64,000 nt of DNA, from assembly GCA_002269645.1 (NCBI GenBank), contig NIVC01003684.1, positions 18,972-82,971 on the forward strand. Direction: 5' to 3'. Position 1 is the first letter of the stretch. Every line of letters begins with the position of its first letter. The position numbers and the translations under genes are program-made. Below, piece by piece: positions 13,301 to 24,700 of this stretch. This stretch comes from Macrostomum lignano (taxonomy: Eukaryota). Below the pieces are notes generated by a model that saw only the letters and a program-made list of their open reading frames with translations, had not been told where the DNA came from and did no database searches.

Positions 13301-14513
13301 GGATTTCTAATGCAGATAACATGCTAATCATTTTTAGTTATCATGCTATTGCAAAAGACTGTAAAACGGTGACTCGATATTTCGATGTTGTGAAGTTTCA
13401 AATTTCTGAAATTTCGAGTTTATGAAATGCGCCCTCTTGCTGTGCAGCACGGTATTCCACTCTGGTGTGCGAAGGCGAATCGGCAAGCCTCACCTGCTCG
13501 ACATCTCGGCGCATCGACATCGCCTACGTGATGTACGGCAAATCAAGCGAGTTCAGCACCGACTGTGTGAAGGACACAAATACTGCTGATAACTGTCAGA
13601 GCTCTCAATCCTTGAGCTACGTCAAATCTGTGTGCCAGAATCAATCAGCTTGCAGTGTGCTGGCCAGCAATGATCACTTTGGAGATCCCTGCCCGAACAA
13701 CTACAAGTACCTGTTTGTTAACTACACATGTGCACCTGGTGAGGCTCCCTGGCTATGATGATTGCTCATTATTCCCGTTTTTCTCTCAGTTTTACACTCG
13801 TAATTGTCTTCTGCGCATCTCCCTCCCATCTCCACCCCCTCTCTCCATACCTCTCTACACCTCTCTACCCCTCTCTACACCTCTCTACCCCTCTCTACCC
13901 CTCTCTACGCCTCTCTACCCCTCTCTACACCTCTCTACGCCTCTCTACACCTCTCTACACCTCTCTACACCTCTCTACACCTCTCTACACCTCTCTACAC
14001 CTCTCTACACCTCTCTACCCCTCTCTACCCCTCTCTACGCCTCTCTACCCCTCTCTACACCTCTCTACACCTCTCTACACCTCTCTACACCTCTCTACAC
14101 CTCTCTACACCTCTCTACACCTCTCTACACCTCTCTACGCCTCTCTACACCTCTCTACACCTCTCTACACCTCTCTACACCTCTCTACACCTCTCTACAC
14201 CTCTCTACCCCTCTCTACACCTCTCTACCCCTCTCTACCCCTCTCTACGCCTCTCTACACCTCTCTACACCTCTCTACACCTCTCTACACCTCTCTACAC
14301 CTCTCTACACCTCTCTACCCCTCTCTACACCTCTCTACACCTCTCTACCCCTCTCTACACCTCTCTACACCTCTCTACACCTCTCTACACCTCTCTACAC
14401 CTCTCTACCCCTCTCTACACCTCTCTACCCCTCTCTACCCAACTCCCTCCCTTCTCTATCCAACTCCCTCCCCTCTTTACCCCCTCTGCAACCATGCTTC
14501 TGCAGTAACTTGA
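10241..14513 (+). CDS. Secreted SUEL/rhamnose-binding (Gal_Lectin) single-domain lectin, ~124 aa; join(10241..10316,13448..13738,14506..14513)
   Basis: Exon 1 encodes the signal peptide MTARLHRRYLLLQLIYFLVAMVTVS with a phase-1 G|GTGAGT donor. Exon 2 is a phase 1-1 SUEL domain (VCEGESASLTC...YG...C...C.VLASNDHFGDPCPNNYKYLFVNYTC). The candidate last exon TTCTGCAG|TA ACT TGA is less certain. Confidence 0.8.
10431..12078. mobile_element. TTAA-flanked fold-back non-autonomous DNA transposon (piggyBac-like target site) in lectin intron 1
   Basis: TTAA at 10427-10430 and 12079-12082. 16-bp TIRs CAGTAGGAATACCAAG / CTTGGTAGTTCTACTG (14/16 match). Long near-identical inverted arms 10464-~11335 and ~11390-12073, with internal ~150-bp subrepeats. 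No transposase ORF. Confidence 0.85.
12243..13278. repeat. 26-bp minisatellite (CATCATGATCCAATGGTCCTCAGCCT)n in lectin intron 1
   Basis: Tandem array visible directly. Confidence 0.95.
13448..13738 (+). CDS. SUEL lectin exon 2 (Gal_Lectin domain)
   Basis: TGCAG acceptor, GTGAGG donor; SUEL cysteine pattern and FGDPC..YKYL motif (ORF 13465). Confidence 0.92.
13845..14440. repeat. 10-bp repeat (CTCTCTACAC)n in lectin intron 2
   Basis: Tandem array; source of the spurious STPLY ORFs. Confidence 0.95.
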
Positions 14514-14934
14514 GTCTGTCTAAAGCAAAGGTAAGAATGGTAAGAAAAAAGTTGTAAACAAACTGGAATAATTATGCTTTTACTGCACGAAAAATACCTG
14601 CATGCATCTTCGTTTTAAGAATCTTGTGATTAAAATGTAAAGTTTCAAATACACTGCAACAGGCAGCTAGTATAATTGACAAGACGGCAGTTCAGACGTC
14701 AAAAATATTGATGTTTTTCTATCGCATCTGTTAAATTTATTTCATAGTAATTCATCAAAGTCAATATAATAAAGTAGAAATAAACCACTAAGAATCCAAA
14801 AATGGTTGTGGAATGTCTTTCTTGTGCTTTCAGAGGGTAGTCTGGCAAAAAGTAAAAAAACTCGAAAGAATTTAGAAATGTCACTTTTTATTAATCAACC
14901 AGAACATGCAGAGCTTTTAGTGAGGTCAAGCGAC

Positions 14935-15215
14935 CCCTTAGCTAAGATTCTTAGGGGAGGGTCAGTGACCCCCTTGGAGTAGCTAAGAATCTTAGGGAGG
15001 GTCAGTGACCCCCTTTAGAGCAAAAAAATATTAGAGGGACCAGTGACCCCCTTTAGAGTAAACTAAGAATCTTAGGGGAGGGTCAGTGACCCCTTGGAGT
15101 AGTTACGAATCTTAGGGGAGGGCCAGTGACCCCTTGGAGTAGTTACGAATCTTAGGGGAGGGTCAGTGACCCCTTGGAGAAGTTACAAATCTCAGGGGAG
15201 GGCCAGTGACCCCCA
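14935..15215. repeat. ~40-bp tandem repeat (…CTTAGGGGAGGGTCAGTGACCCCTTGGAGT…), ~7 copies
   Basis: Tandem array between the convergent 3' ends of the lectin and EFCAB5. Confidence 0.9.
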
Positions 15216-15463
15216 TTTCGATTTCGCGCGCCAGACTCGCTGAGCTCACAGTTATGAAGCTCAAATTAAAATTATTTCACAATATCCATACGCTTAAATA
15301 ATTCGAAAACTATTCAAAAAGGTTATATTAAAAAATTCGAGTATTTTATAACGGCAAAAAGAAAACAGGAAAAGTACACAGAATCAGAAGCAAACGAAAA
15401 TATTCCTTCTGTCTGCACCTCTGCTTCATTTCTGTTCCTTTTTAAATAATCACATTTCTGCTT

Positions 15464-15759
15464 TCATTCCGTCTGCTCCGCTGGCTCTTCCGGAGGCGGC
15501 GGCGGGGTGCCGACAACCTGCGTCGGTTCCGCAGTTGCCGTCCCGTCCTCCTCGCCGTCGCCGTCGCCTTCGCCGCCGTCAGCCCCGTCAGCCGCCGCTG
15601 CCGCCGCCTCCTCGGGCACAGCTGGCAGATTCTGACTCACCCCTCGCCTCTTGTTCATGTCCAACGTGTGCCGGACAATGCTGACGCACACCACTAACCA
15701 GTTGAACAGGAATTCGGCCGGCTTCGACCCGTGCTTGCTGGCCATGTTCTGCGGTACGT
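15464..15759 (-). CDS. EFCAB5: EFCAB5 exon 11 (terminal)
   Basis: GACAG|[21 protein letters not shown]... to the TGA stop at 15464-15466. Confidence 0.85.
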
Positions 15760-18700
15760 CTGTCAATTCATTTTATTGCTCTTTTTGAATGGCAAAGCAT
15801 GAGAATCTGTTCTGTTACTTGCAATGCTACTAATAGTAAGCGGTAGCCGATTATGCATGGGAATGAAAACTAGGCTTCCAAAATTATTATTTAGTGCATT
15901 TTATATTAAGACCCTCGTACTCCTAGCCAAGCTTTCTGATTGGGTAGCTCTACCATTCCAGCTCTCTTATTGGCCAGATCCATTCTCTTTAGTTCTTCGC
16001 CCCACATTTAGGTTTGACTCTCTAAGCTCTCTGATTGGCTGGCTTTATCCCCTTACACACCCGCCCCATTCCTAGTTTTTAATTTTACCCTCCAAGCTTT
16101 CTAATTGGCTGGCTCTATCCCGTTACTCACCCGCCCCACTTTTACTCTCCAAGCTTTCGCATTGGTTGCACCATGTATAATATGTCATAAGCGTAATACG
16201 CTGTGCAGTACAAAAAACATGGGAAGTTTTGAAACAGCAAATACGTAAACAGTAGTGCAAATCCGAAACAAATTGAATGTAATCACTCAGGATGTGCAGA
16301 GACTATATGGGGAACAATTCGTGTCCAAATCCAAATGGTTGTTTTGTAACCGAGGTAAAAGCTGAATAAAAAACTTTCCTAATGATGTAATTCACCTGAT
16401 ATCAAAGATACGAGAGGTCGAGCTCTCCAATTGTCGTGGATTAATTCTGCAATTGCATTTATTTAAAAACTAGCATCTAATTCTTTTTTATCTACATGTA
16501 GCTACATTGATTACTTGCTTTAAGTAGCGAGATGAAACCTTAAATAGAAGTTTGTTTATGTTGTCGAAAAAATAAAATGTTATTCAAGAAAACATCCCCA
16601 TCTGCTCAATACTACTCAAATCCCCAGAATCCCATGTTCTCAATGCTACTCAAATCCCCAGAATCCCATATGCTCAATGCTACTCAAATCCCCAGAATCC
16701 CATGTGCTCAATGCTACTCAAATCCCCAGAATCCCATATTCTGGGATTTCTGGCTACTCAAATACCCAGAATCCCATATGCTCAATGCTACTCAAATCCC
16801 CAGAATCCCATATGCTCAATGCTACTCAAATCCCCAGAATCCCATACGCTCACCATTAAGACAGGCATCAATGAACTCCAGCGGCACGGCGGCGGGATCC
16901 TTCTGCGGATCGAACTCCATGACCATGCGGCCCAGGCTGATCTTCACGTGCTTCTGGCAGTGCCGCCACTTGTCGAAGTCGCCGGCCTTGGCCGCATCCG
17001 GATAGAACATCGCCAGCACGCCGCGGATGATGGTCAGCACTGTGCTCGGAGGCTCCTTGTAGCTGCGCAGCTCAGCGTACGCCTCCTTGCTGAGTCGGCC
17101 AACGTTCTCGCGCAGGTCCCGCAGCATGAAGCTGTCGAACAGGGCCTCGGCCGACATGCCGCCGGGTGCCAGAGCGCCGGCTTCGCCAAGCGCCTGTTTG
17201 ATAATCTCGTCCTGGGTCAGCTGCAGCAGCCGGAGGATCTTCATCACCTCTCGCTGGTTGGCCTCGGTCAGAAAGCGCAGCTTGCCCATGCTCAGGTCGA
17301 TCACGGCGGTTGCCAAGCCGTTCAGATCACGCAGTGGCGTAGCCAGTCGGCGCTCGCCGTACGCGTCGGCAGTGAGCGACTCGGAATTGTCTACGCACAT
17401 GAACAGGTAGTCTCTGGCGAGAGTTAGGGGGATCGGTGAGGATTAGCTACCACTTTTAGCTTGTACTGCTGTCGAACTTCTATGCTCAAGTTTTGGAGTT
17501 TTGTGTCAGTCTGGGATTCGCCGATGTCAGAATGGGATTCTTCATTGTTAGGTTGGGATTCTTCATTGTTAGGTTGGGATTCCCCGATGTCAATCTGGGA
17601 TTCCCCGATGTCAGACTGGGATTCCCCGATGTCAGACTGGGATTCCCCGATGTCAGACTGGGATTCCCCGATGTCAATCTGGGATTCCCCGATGTCAGAC
17701 TGGGATTCCCCGATGTCAGACTGTGATTCCCCGATGTCAGAATGGGATTCCCCAATGTCAGACTGGGATTCCTTGATGTCATCCGGGGATTCTCCGATGT
17801 CAGGTTGGGATTCCCCACTGTAAGATTTTGATTCTTCATTGTAAGGTTGGGATTCCCCTATGTCAGTCTGGGATTTCCCGGTTCCCGGGTGTCAGTCCGG
17901 GATTCCCCGGTTCTCGGATATCAGTCTGGGATTCCCCGATACCGGATGTCAGTCTGGGATTCCCCACTGTCAGACTGAGATTCTCCTACGTCATATTGGG
18001 ATTCCCCGATGTCAGGTTGGAGTTCTAGAGGTCAGGTTTTTCTTTAGGTGTCAGACTGAGATATCAGATGTTAAAAACTTAATTGCATGGTTTTCAAAAC
18101 TAATTAGTTCTGAAATATTTTCCCCAAACCTCACCTGAACACATTCTCGTCCCTGTTAAGCTTTGGTGGCACCTTATATTTTTCAACCTCGCCATCCTGC
18201 GTGACGTTCATCACCTTGCGCAAGCAGTAGGCACCTTTGCCGCGCCTGTGGTCGCTTTCGCGCATGTACAGAGCGGTGCTCTGAATAGCGGGCACCCGCC
18301 TGCAGATCCAAACCAGCGATTCCGATACGCGCAAAGTCTTCTGCAGCGCGTCCACCTGTGAGAGTTATGGTTGAGTTTTTTAAGCTTTGTTTCAAGTTTT
18401 GAAATCCTTTTTAGTCAGAATTCTTGAAATCAAATATCACCTCTAATAGTGTGTAGAATGCATACAGTGCTGGGCCTCAGTTGATCCTCAATTGCTGGGC
18501 AACCACCACCAGCCTCCCAGATCCTCAGTTGCTGGGCAACCACCACCAGCCTCCCAGATCCTCAGTTGCTGGGCAACCACCACCAGCCTCCCAGATCCTC
18601 AGTTGCTGGGCAACCACCACCAGCCTCCCAGATCCTCAGTTACTGGGCAACCACCACCAGCCTCCCAGATCCTCAATTGCTGGGCAACCACCACCAGCCT

Positions 18701-21700
18701 CCCAGATCCTCAGTTGCTGGGCAACCACCACCAGCCTCCCAGATCCTCAGTTGCTGGGCAACCACCACCAGCCTCCCAGATCCTCAGTTACTGGGCAACC
18801 ACCACCAGCCTCCCAGATCCTCAGTTACTGGGCAACCACCACCAGCCTCCCAGATCCTCAGTTGCTGACCCCCCACCACCAGCCTCCCAGATCCTCAGTT
18901 ACTGGGCAACCACCGCCAGTCTCCCAGATCCTCAGTTACTGGGCAACCACCGCCAGTCTCCCAGATCCTCAGTTACTGGGCAACCACCGCCAGTCTCCCA
19001 GATCCTCAGTTACTGGGCAACCACCGCCAGTCTCCCAGATTCTCAGTTACTGGGCAACCACCACCAGCCTCTCAGATTCTCAGTTACTGGGCAACCACCG
19101 CCAGTCTCCCAGATTCTCAGTTACTGGGCAACCACCACCAGCCTCTCAGATTCTCAGTTGCTGGGCTACCCTGCCATGTCCTCAAGATGCAAAAGAACTT
19201 TTTTAAAGTTTCTCAGAATTGAAATTCGCCAAAGACCCTTCAAGCCATCATTGGCCAACCTTGTGGTAGGCGATGCTGAAGGCATTCGAGACGCCCTGGA
19301 AGAACTGCATCTCGTGAGCCACGAAGTGCCTCTTGCGCACTGGATCAGCCACAGTGTCCACCGCCAGGGTGCCGAAAACCCGCTTCTGCCGGTCCTTCAG
19401 GGGCACCACGGCTAGAGCGCCGTCCACCTCCTGCAGATTGATGGCCTTGTTGAAGTAGTGCACCGATGGGTTGGCCGTCACTCGGGGCACGTGCAGCGGC
19501 TTGCCGGACTGGACCACCTGCCGATTGGGGTTGGGGTTGGAGTTGGAGTTGGGGTTGGAATTGGAGTTAGAGTTGGGGTTGGGGTTGGAGTTGGAGTTGG
19601 AGTTGGAGTTGGGGTTGGGGTTGGGGTTGGGGTTGGGATTGGAGTTGGAATTGGGGTTGGAGTTGGAGTTGGAGTTGGAGTTAGAGTTGGGGTTGGGGTT
19701 GGGGTTGGAATTGGAGTTGGGGTTGGAGTTAGGGTTGGAATTGGGGTTGGAGTTGAGGGGGGAGTTGCGGTTGGAGTTGGGGTTGGAGTTGGGGTTGGAG
19801 TTGGCGTTGGAGTTGGGAATGGGATTGGCGCACCTGAAAGCTGACACCGGTCTCGGACAGCTCGTACAGGCTCTGGCCGACCACAAAGTCGGCATCCTCA
19901 GGCGTGGCGGCCACGTAACGGAGCACCAGGCCGCCCAGCTCTGCCACATTCTCATTGTTGCTCTCTAGCAGGGCCAGATTAGCGCAGATCCTCTTGCCAT
20001 CGCCGTGCGTCTCCGCGTCGCGGTACAGCGCCCAGAACACGGCGCGGTACACCGGCTCCATGCTGGCGCCGCTCTCCTCACCGGCCAGTCGGATGCTGGC
20101 CAACCACTTCTTGCGCGCCGCGCCGCGGATTCGCTCCTGCTGGGAGCGCTCGACAGACTCGGCCATGAACTGGATGAGCTCCTCCATGCTGTCCGCCTCG
20201 CCGCCTGTCGTTGCCGCCGATTTGACGAAATCGCGAAATTCGCGCTTGGCCAGCCGGCTGTCCTGGTGCTGCTGCTGCTGCTTGGTTAGCTTGGACGACC
20301 GGCTCTTCAGCTCCTTCTTGGCTTTAACCAGGGCCTTGCGCAGGGTGGCGTCTTTGTACTTTAGCATGACGTTCTCCACTTCGTCTAGGTCGAGGAATCC
20401 GGAACCGTCGTTGTCCCAGAGCTGGAAGAGTTCGTCTAGCAGCACTTTGCGCTTGGCTGATAACTGGCGCTGTTGGATCTGCAGTGGCGGTATTAGGGGG
20501 CGGGTATTAGGGGGCGGGTATGAGTATGAGTATGAGGATAAGGATGAGTATGAGTATGAATATGAGCATGAGTATGAGGATGAGGATGAGTATGAGTATG
20601 AATATGAGCATGAGTATGAGGATGAGGATGAGTATGAGTATGAATATGAGCATGAGTATGAGGATGAGGATGAGTATGAGTATGAATATGAGTATGAGTA
20701 TGAGCATGAGCATGAGCATGAGCATGAGCATGAGTACGAGTACGAGTGTGAGTATGAGCATGAGCATGAGTATGAGTATGAGCATGAGCAAGAGTATGAG
20801 TATGAGTACGAGTACGAGTATGAGCATGAGCATGAGCATGAGCATGAGCATGAGTATGAGTGTGAGCATGAGCATGAGTATGAGTATGAGCATGAGCAAG
20901 AGTATGAGTATGAGCATGACTGAGTAAATACAGTATCAATACCACTCACCAGCTTAATCCTGGCCAGTCTCTCGTCCTCAGTCTCTACATATCCCTCCCG
21001 GACAAAGATGATCAAGTCCTCCATCAGGTCTTTCTTCGGCTCGTCACCAAGGAACGTCTCGGTGACGTGGACAAACTGGCCGTTGGTGAGATTCATCTCG
21101 TCAAAGGCGGACGATTTTGTCCGAGATGTGTCCGCCGTGCGATTGGAAATTCCGGCTGTTTAGGGAGCGTGCGGGGGTTACTTTGGGTATGACCGCTCTA
21201 GTGGGTCAGAGTAACTCACTGACTTCTCTAGTGGGTCAGAGTGACTCACTGACTGCTCTAGTGGGTCAGAGTGACTCACTGACTGCTCTAGTGGGTCAAA
21301 GTGACTCACTGACTGCTCTAGTGGGTCAGAGGGACTCACTTACTGCTCTAGTGGGTCAGAGTAACTCACTGACTTCTCTAGTCGGTCAGAGTAACTCACT
21401 GACTTCTCTAGTGGGTCAGAGTGACTCACTGACTGCTCTAGTGGGTCAGAGTGACTCTCACTCACTGCTCTAGTGGGTCAGAGTGACTCACTGACTGCTC
21501 TAGTGGGTCAGAGTGACTCACTGACTTCTCTAGTGGGTCAGAGTGACTCACTGACTTCTCTAGTGGGTCAGTGTGACTCACTGACTGCTCTAGTGGGTCA
21601 GAGGGACTCACTGACTGTTCTAGTGGGTCAGAGTGACTCAGTAGCACAACCGTTAAAACTGAATGTGCTTAAACTGAAAGCACTGGAAAAGTAAAAAATC

Positions 21701-24700
21701 TGAATAGTGTAAATAGCATATAAATGATAAAGTTTTCAACAGAAAAAGTTCAATAAACCTGTGATCGCATAGAACAGAAGGCTTACATGTACACTCTTAC
21801 GAGTATTAAAGCAAATAAACAAAGGACAGATTTATAGCGGTCTTCAGAAAAGAACAGAACTGAATATTATAAGCATAGAAAATATTCAGTAAAATGTTTT
21901 TTACCAAGAAACTGATCCAATGCTTTGCTAACTGAAATGGATCATTTTTATTGTTCATTTTTTGCTTTTATTCCTCCGCGAACTATTGGGTTGGCATTGA
22001 TGCATGCAAAAATTGAGGCTAAACTCAATTAAATAACGTGATGGAATATGAAACACCGTGCACTCGTGACTCCTGTTCCACGACTTTTGAAGTGCTTTTT
22101 GTTGAGAATGAAAAAGCAGACTAGCGTCGTCACTCACTAATAATGACGGATCGGATGTCAGTTTCCAAGTGAATGCTTCAAGTGCGGGAGATTTATAAGG
22201 CAGCTTGATGACGTCACTGCTGTTCTGTTCGGTATATCGAACTTAAGTATAATAACAATAACTATAGTTGATTACACCTGCCCCAATCCGACAGCTCAGC
22301 CGCAGCTATTGCGAGGCGCATCTGAAGGCTGCGTACGGCTGTTCAGTCCAAGGACTGGGGGGTCGCCACACACAGCCTCAATTACCCCAGCTAATGCTGG
22401 CACCCATTTTACAGCTGGGTGAGCTGAATAAATGCAGAGTTAAATGTCTTGCTCAAGGACACAAATTGTTCCAGTGGGATCAGGAATCGAACCCCCGACC
22501 TTCAAGTCGTGATTCCGACGCTCTAGCCACAAGGCTACAGACCCTGCTAGGCTAAAACATCTAATCATGCTTAACTACAGCACTTTAGCCTTGGAACTTA
22601 CTGATATCGCGGCTCAATGGCTCCACGCCTTCGTCCTGAAGATCGATCGGGACGTCTTCTGCAACAGAAAAAATCACTTGACTTATGATTCCTTTTGCCA
22701 AGCTTTCCAGAAGTTAATCCGCTTCTAGTAGCAGCAAAATCAACTCACCCGCTAACATTTCATCAGCTTCTCCGCCCGTCGCCTTTTCGCCTTCGCCCTC
22801 ACCCTGCTGCGGCGGCGTCGGCGGCGACGACGGTGACTCCGTCCGTTTGCGCACCTCGTCCTCGAAAGTCACTTCGCGTTTCGCCTTGGCTTTGGCCTTT
22901 GCGTCGCTGCCGCTGGAGCCGCTGACCTCCTCGCGGGTGGCGGCCTCTGACGGCTGATTTGCCTCCTCCTCAGCGCCCTCGTCGGCGACCGTCTTCCTGG
23001 CTGGAGGCGGTGACGGACTCTTTGCCGGGGATTGGTCTGCAGCTGCAGCTGGCGGTGGCGATGGACTTTTAGCTGCCTTCGGAGAGGCCAGCGTCTCCTG
23101 ATCCTCAGCCGCCTGCGGCGGAGGCGGCGACGGACTTTTGGCTGCCTCTTTCGGAGAAGGCTGCGGCGATGGACTTTTTGGTTGCTCGGCAGTCGCAGGT
23201 TCAGGCGACTTCGCCGCTGGTGGTGATGGCGTCTTGCGAGTCTGCTCCTTGCCCTGCGACTCCGTCGCTACTTTGCTGCTTTCCTCTCCCAGCTGCTCTC
23301 CATCCTTGGGCGACTCGCGTCCTTCAACTGTTTCTTCTGCCATCTCCCTGTCAGTCTCTTCAGTCTCCTCCACTTCTTCATCATCCTCGAGAACGGCGGC
23401 CGCTTCCGCCGCAGCCTCCTCGGCCTCCTCCTGTAGCATAGTTTTGGCTCGCTCCTCGTCCTCCTTAGCCTGCTCCTCCAGGACTTCGCGCATCTCCTCG
23501 TGCAGCTCACGAACCGGCCCTGGAATTAGAAGCGGCAATGTTCTTTAGTGAATCAAGCCTAAAGTTAAGGCGTGGGTTTGTGTGCCAGGGTAGAAAGATA
23601 ATAACCGGAGTTGAGTGGTTGGCGGAGCTAGGGGAGGTGTTAAGGCGTGGGGTTGGTGTGCCAGGGTAGAAAGATAATAGCCAGAATTGAGTGGGTTGGC
23701 GGAGCTAGGGGAGGTGTCAAGGCGTGGGGTTGGTGTGCAAGGGTAGAAAGATAATAGCCAGAATTGAGTGGGTTGGCGGAGCTAGGGGAGGTGTCAAGGC
23801 GTGGGGTTGGTGTGCCGGGGTAGAAATACAAGTGTGCTATGAAGTTGTTGGTGAAATTCATTATACGAGCTAAAATTGCTCGTAGTGGTTTTCTTGAGAT
23901 GGGTTAGAAGTTTTAGATAAGTTTGGCAGATGGTTCATTATTAGCGAAAGACTAGCAATCTACGCCCCCCGTTGGGGAGCCAAAGAAATGCTATACACGT
24001 TTTTTTAATAAGCTACATGTATCCTTGAAATCTTAAAAAATCTCCTGTCAAACCTTGTAAGCCTTGACATGTCAGTAATTCCCCCCCCCCAGCTTTAACA
24101 TATCAACTTCCCCCTTGACATCTCAGCAATGCCGCCAATAAGCCTTGGAAATCTAAAAATATCTGTCAACCTTCCAACCCTAACCCTAACCCTAACCCTA
24201 ACCCTAACCTAACCCTAAAGCATTGAAATTTCAGTAATTCTCTCTAAGAGTCATTATAGCACTACTACAGCATTATAGCGATAAGCTTCTTTTATTTTTT
24301 ACATAACGCTTTTTTTATCAGCGATCCCTCGCCTGAGGAGGCATCAAATAATGTAATAAAAAGTTTTCAATATACTACATGTAGCTTCTGACTTTAGCCT
24401 TGAAATCTCATTTATACCCCCGTGAGCCTTGACATCTCAGCTATTCCCCCCCCCGTAAGCCTTGACATGTCAGCGATGGCCCCCATAAACCTTGAAATCT
24501 AAAAAATCCACTGTTAACCTTGAAACCCGATAAAATCTAACCCTCAACCCACACCTGACCTAAACCTAACTTTAACCCAACCTAAAGCCTTGAAATCTCA
24601 GCAATTCTTCTCCCCTAAGCCTTGACATTTTAGTGATTCCTTCTTTAAGAATCACAGCACTATAACGATTTCCACCAAGCTTTGACATCGTAGCAATTCC

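Noticed and set aside
13655-14557. Long ORFs (STPLY repeats) in three frames
   Set aside because: They arise from the 10-bp intronic repeat and lie inside lectin intron 2.
18481-19415. 241-307 aa Pro/Gln-rich ORFs on +
   Set aside because: Translation of a 37-bp minisatellite in EFCAB5 intron 8, antisense to the gene.
19955-20945. Poly-YE/HE, poly-MS, poly-LI and poly-HT ORFs
   Set aside because: Hexamer microsatellite readings overlapping real EFCAB5 exons; no independent splice or start support.
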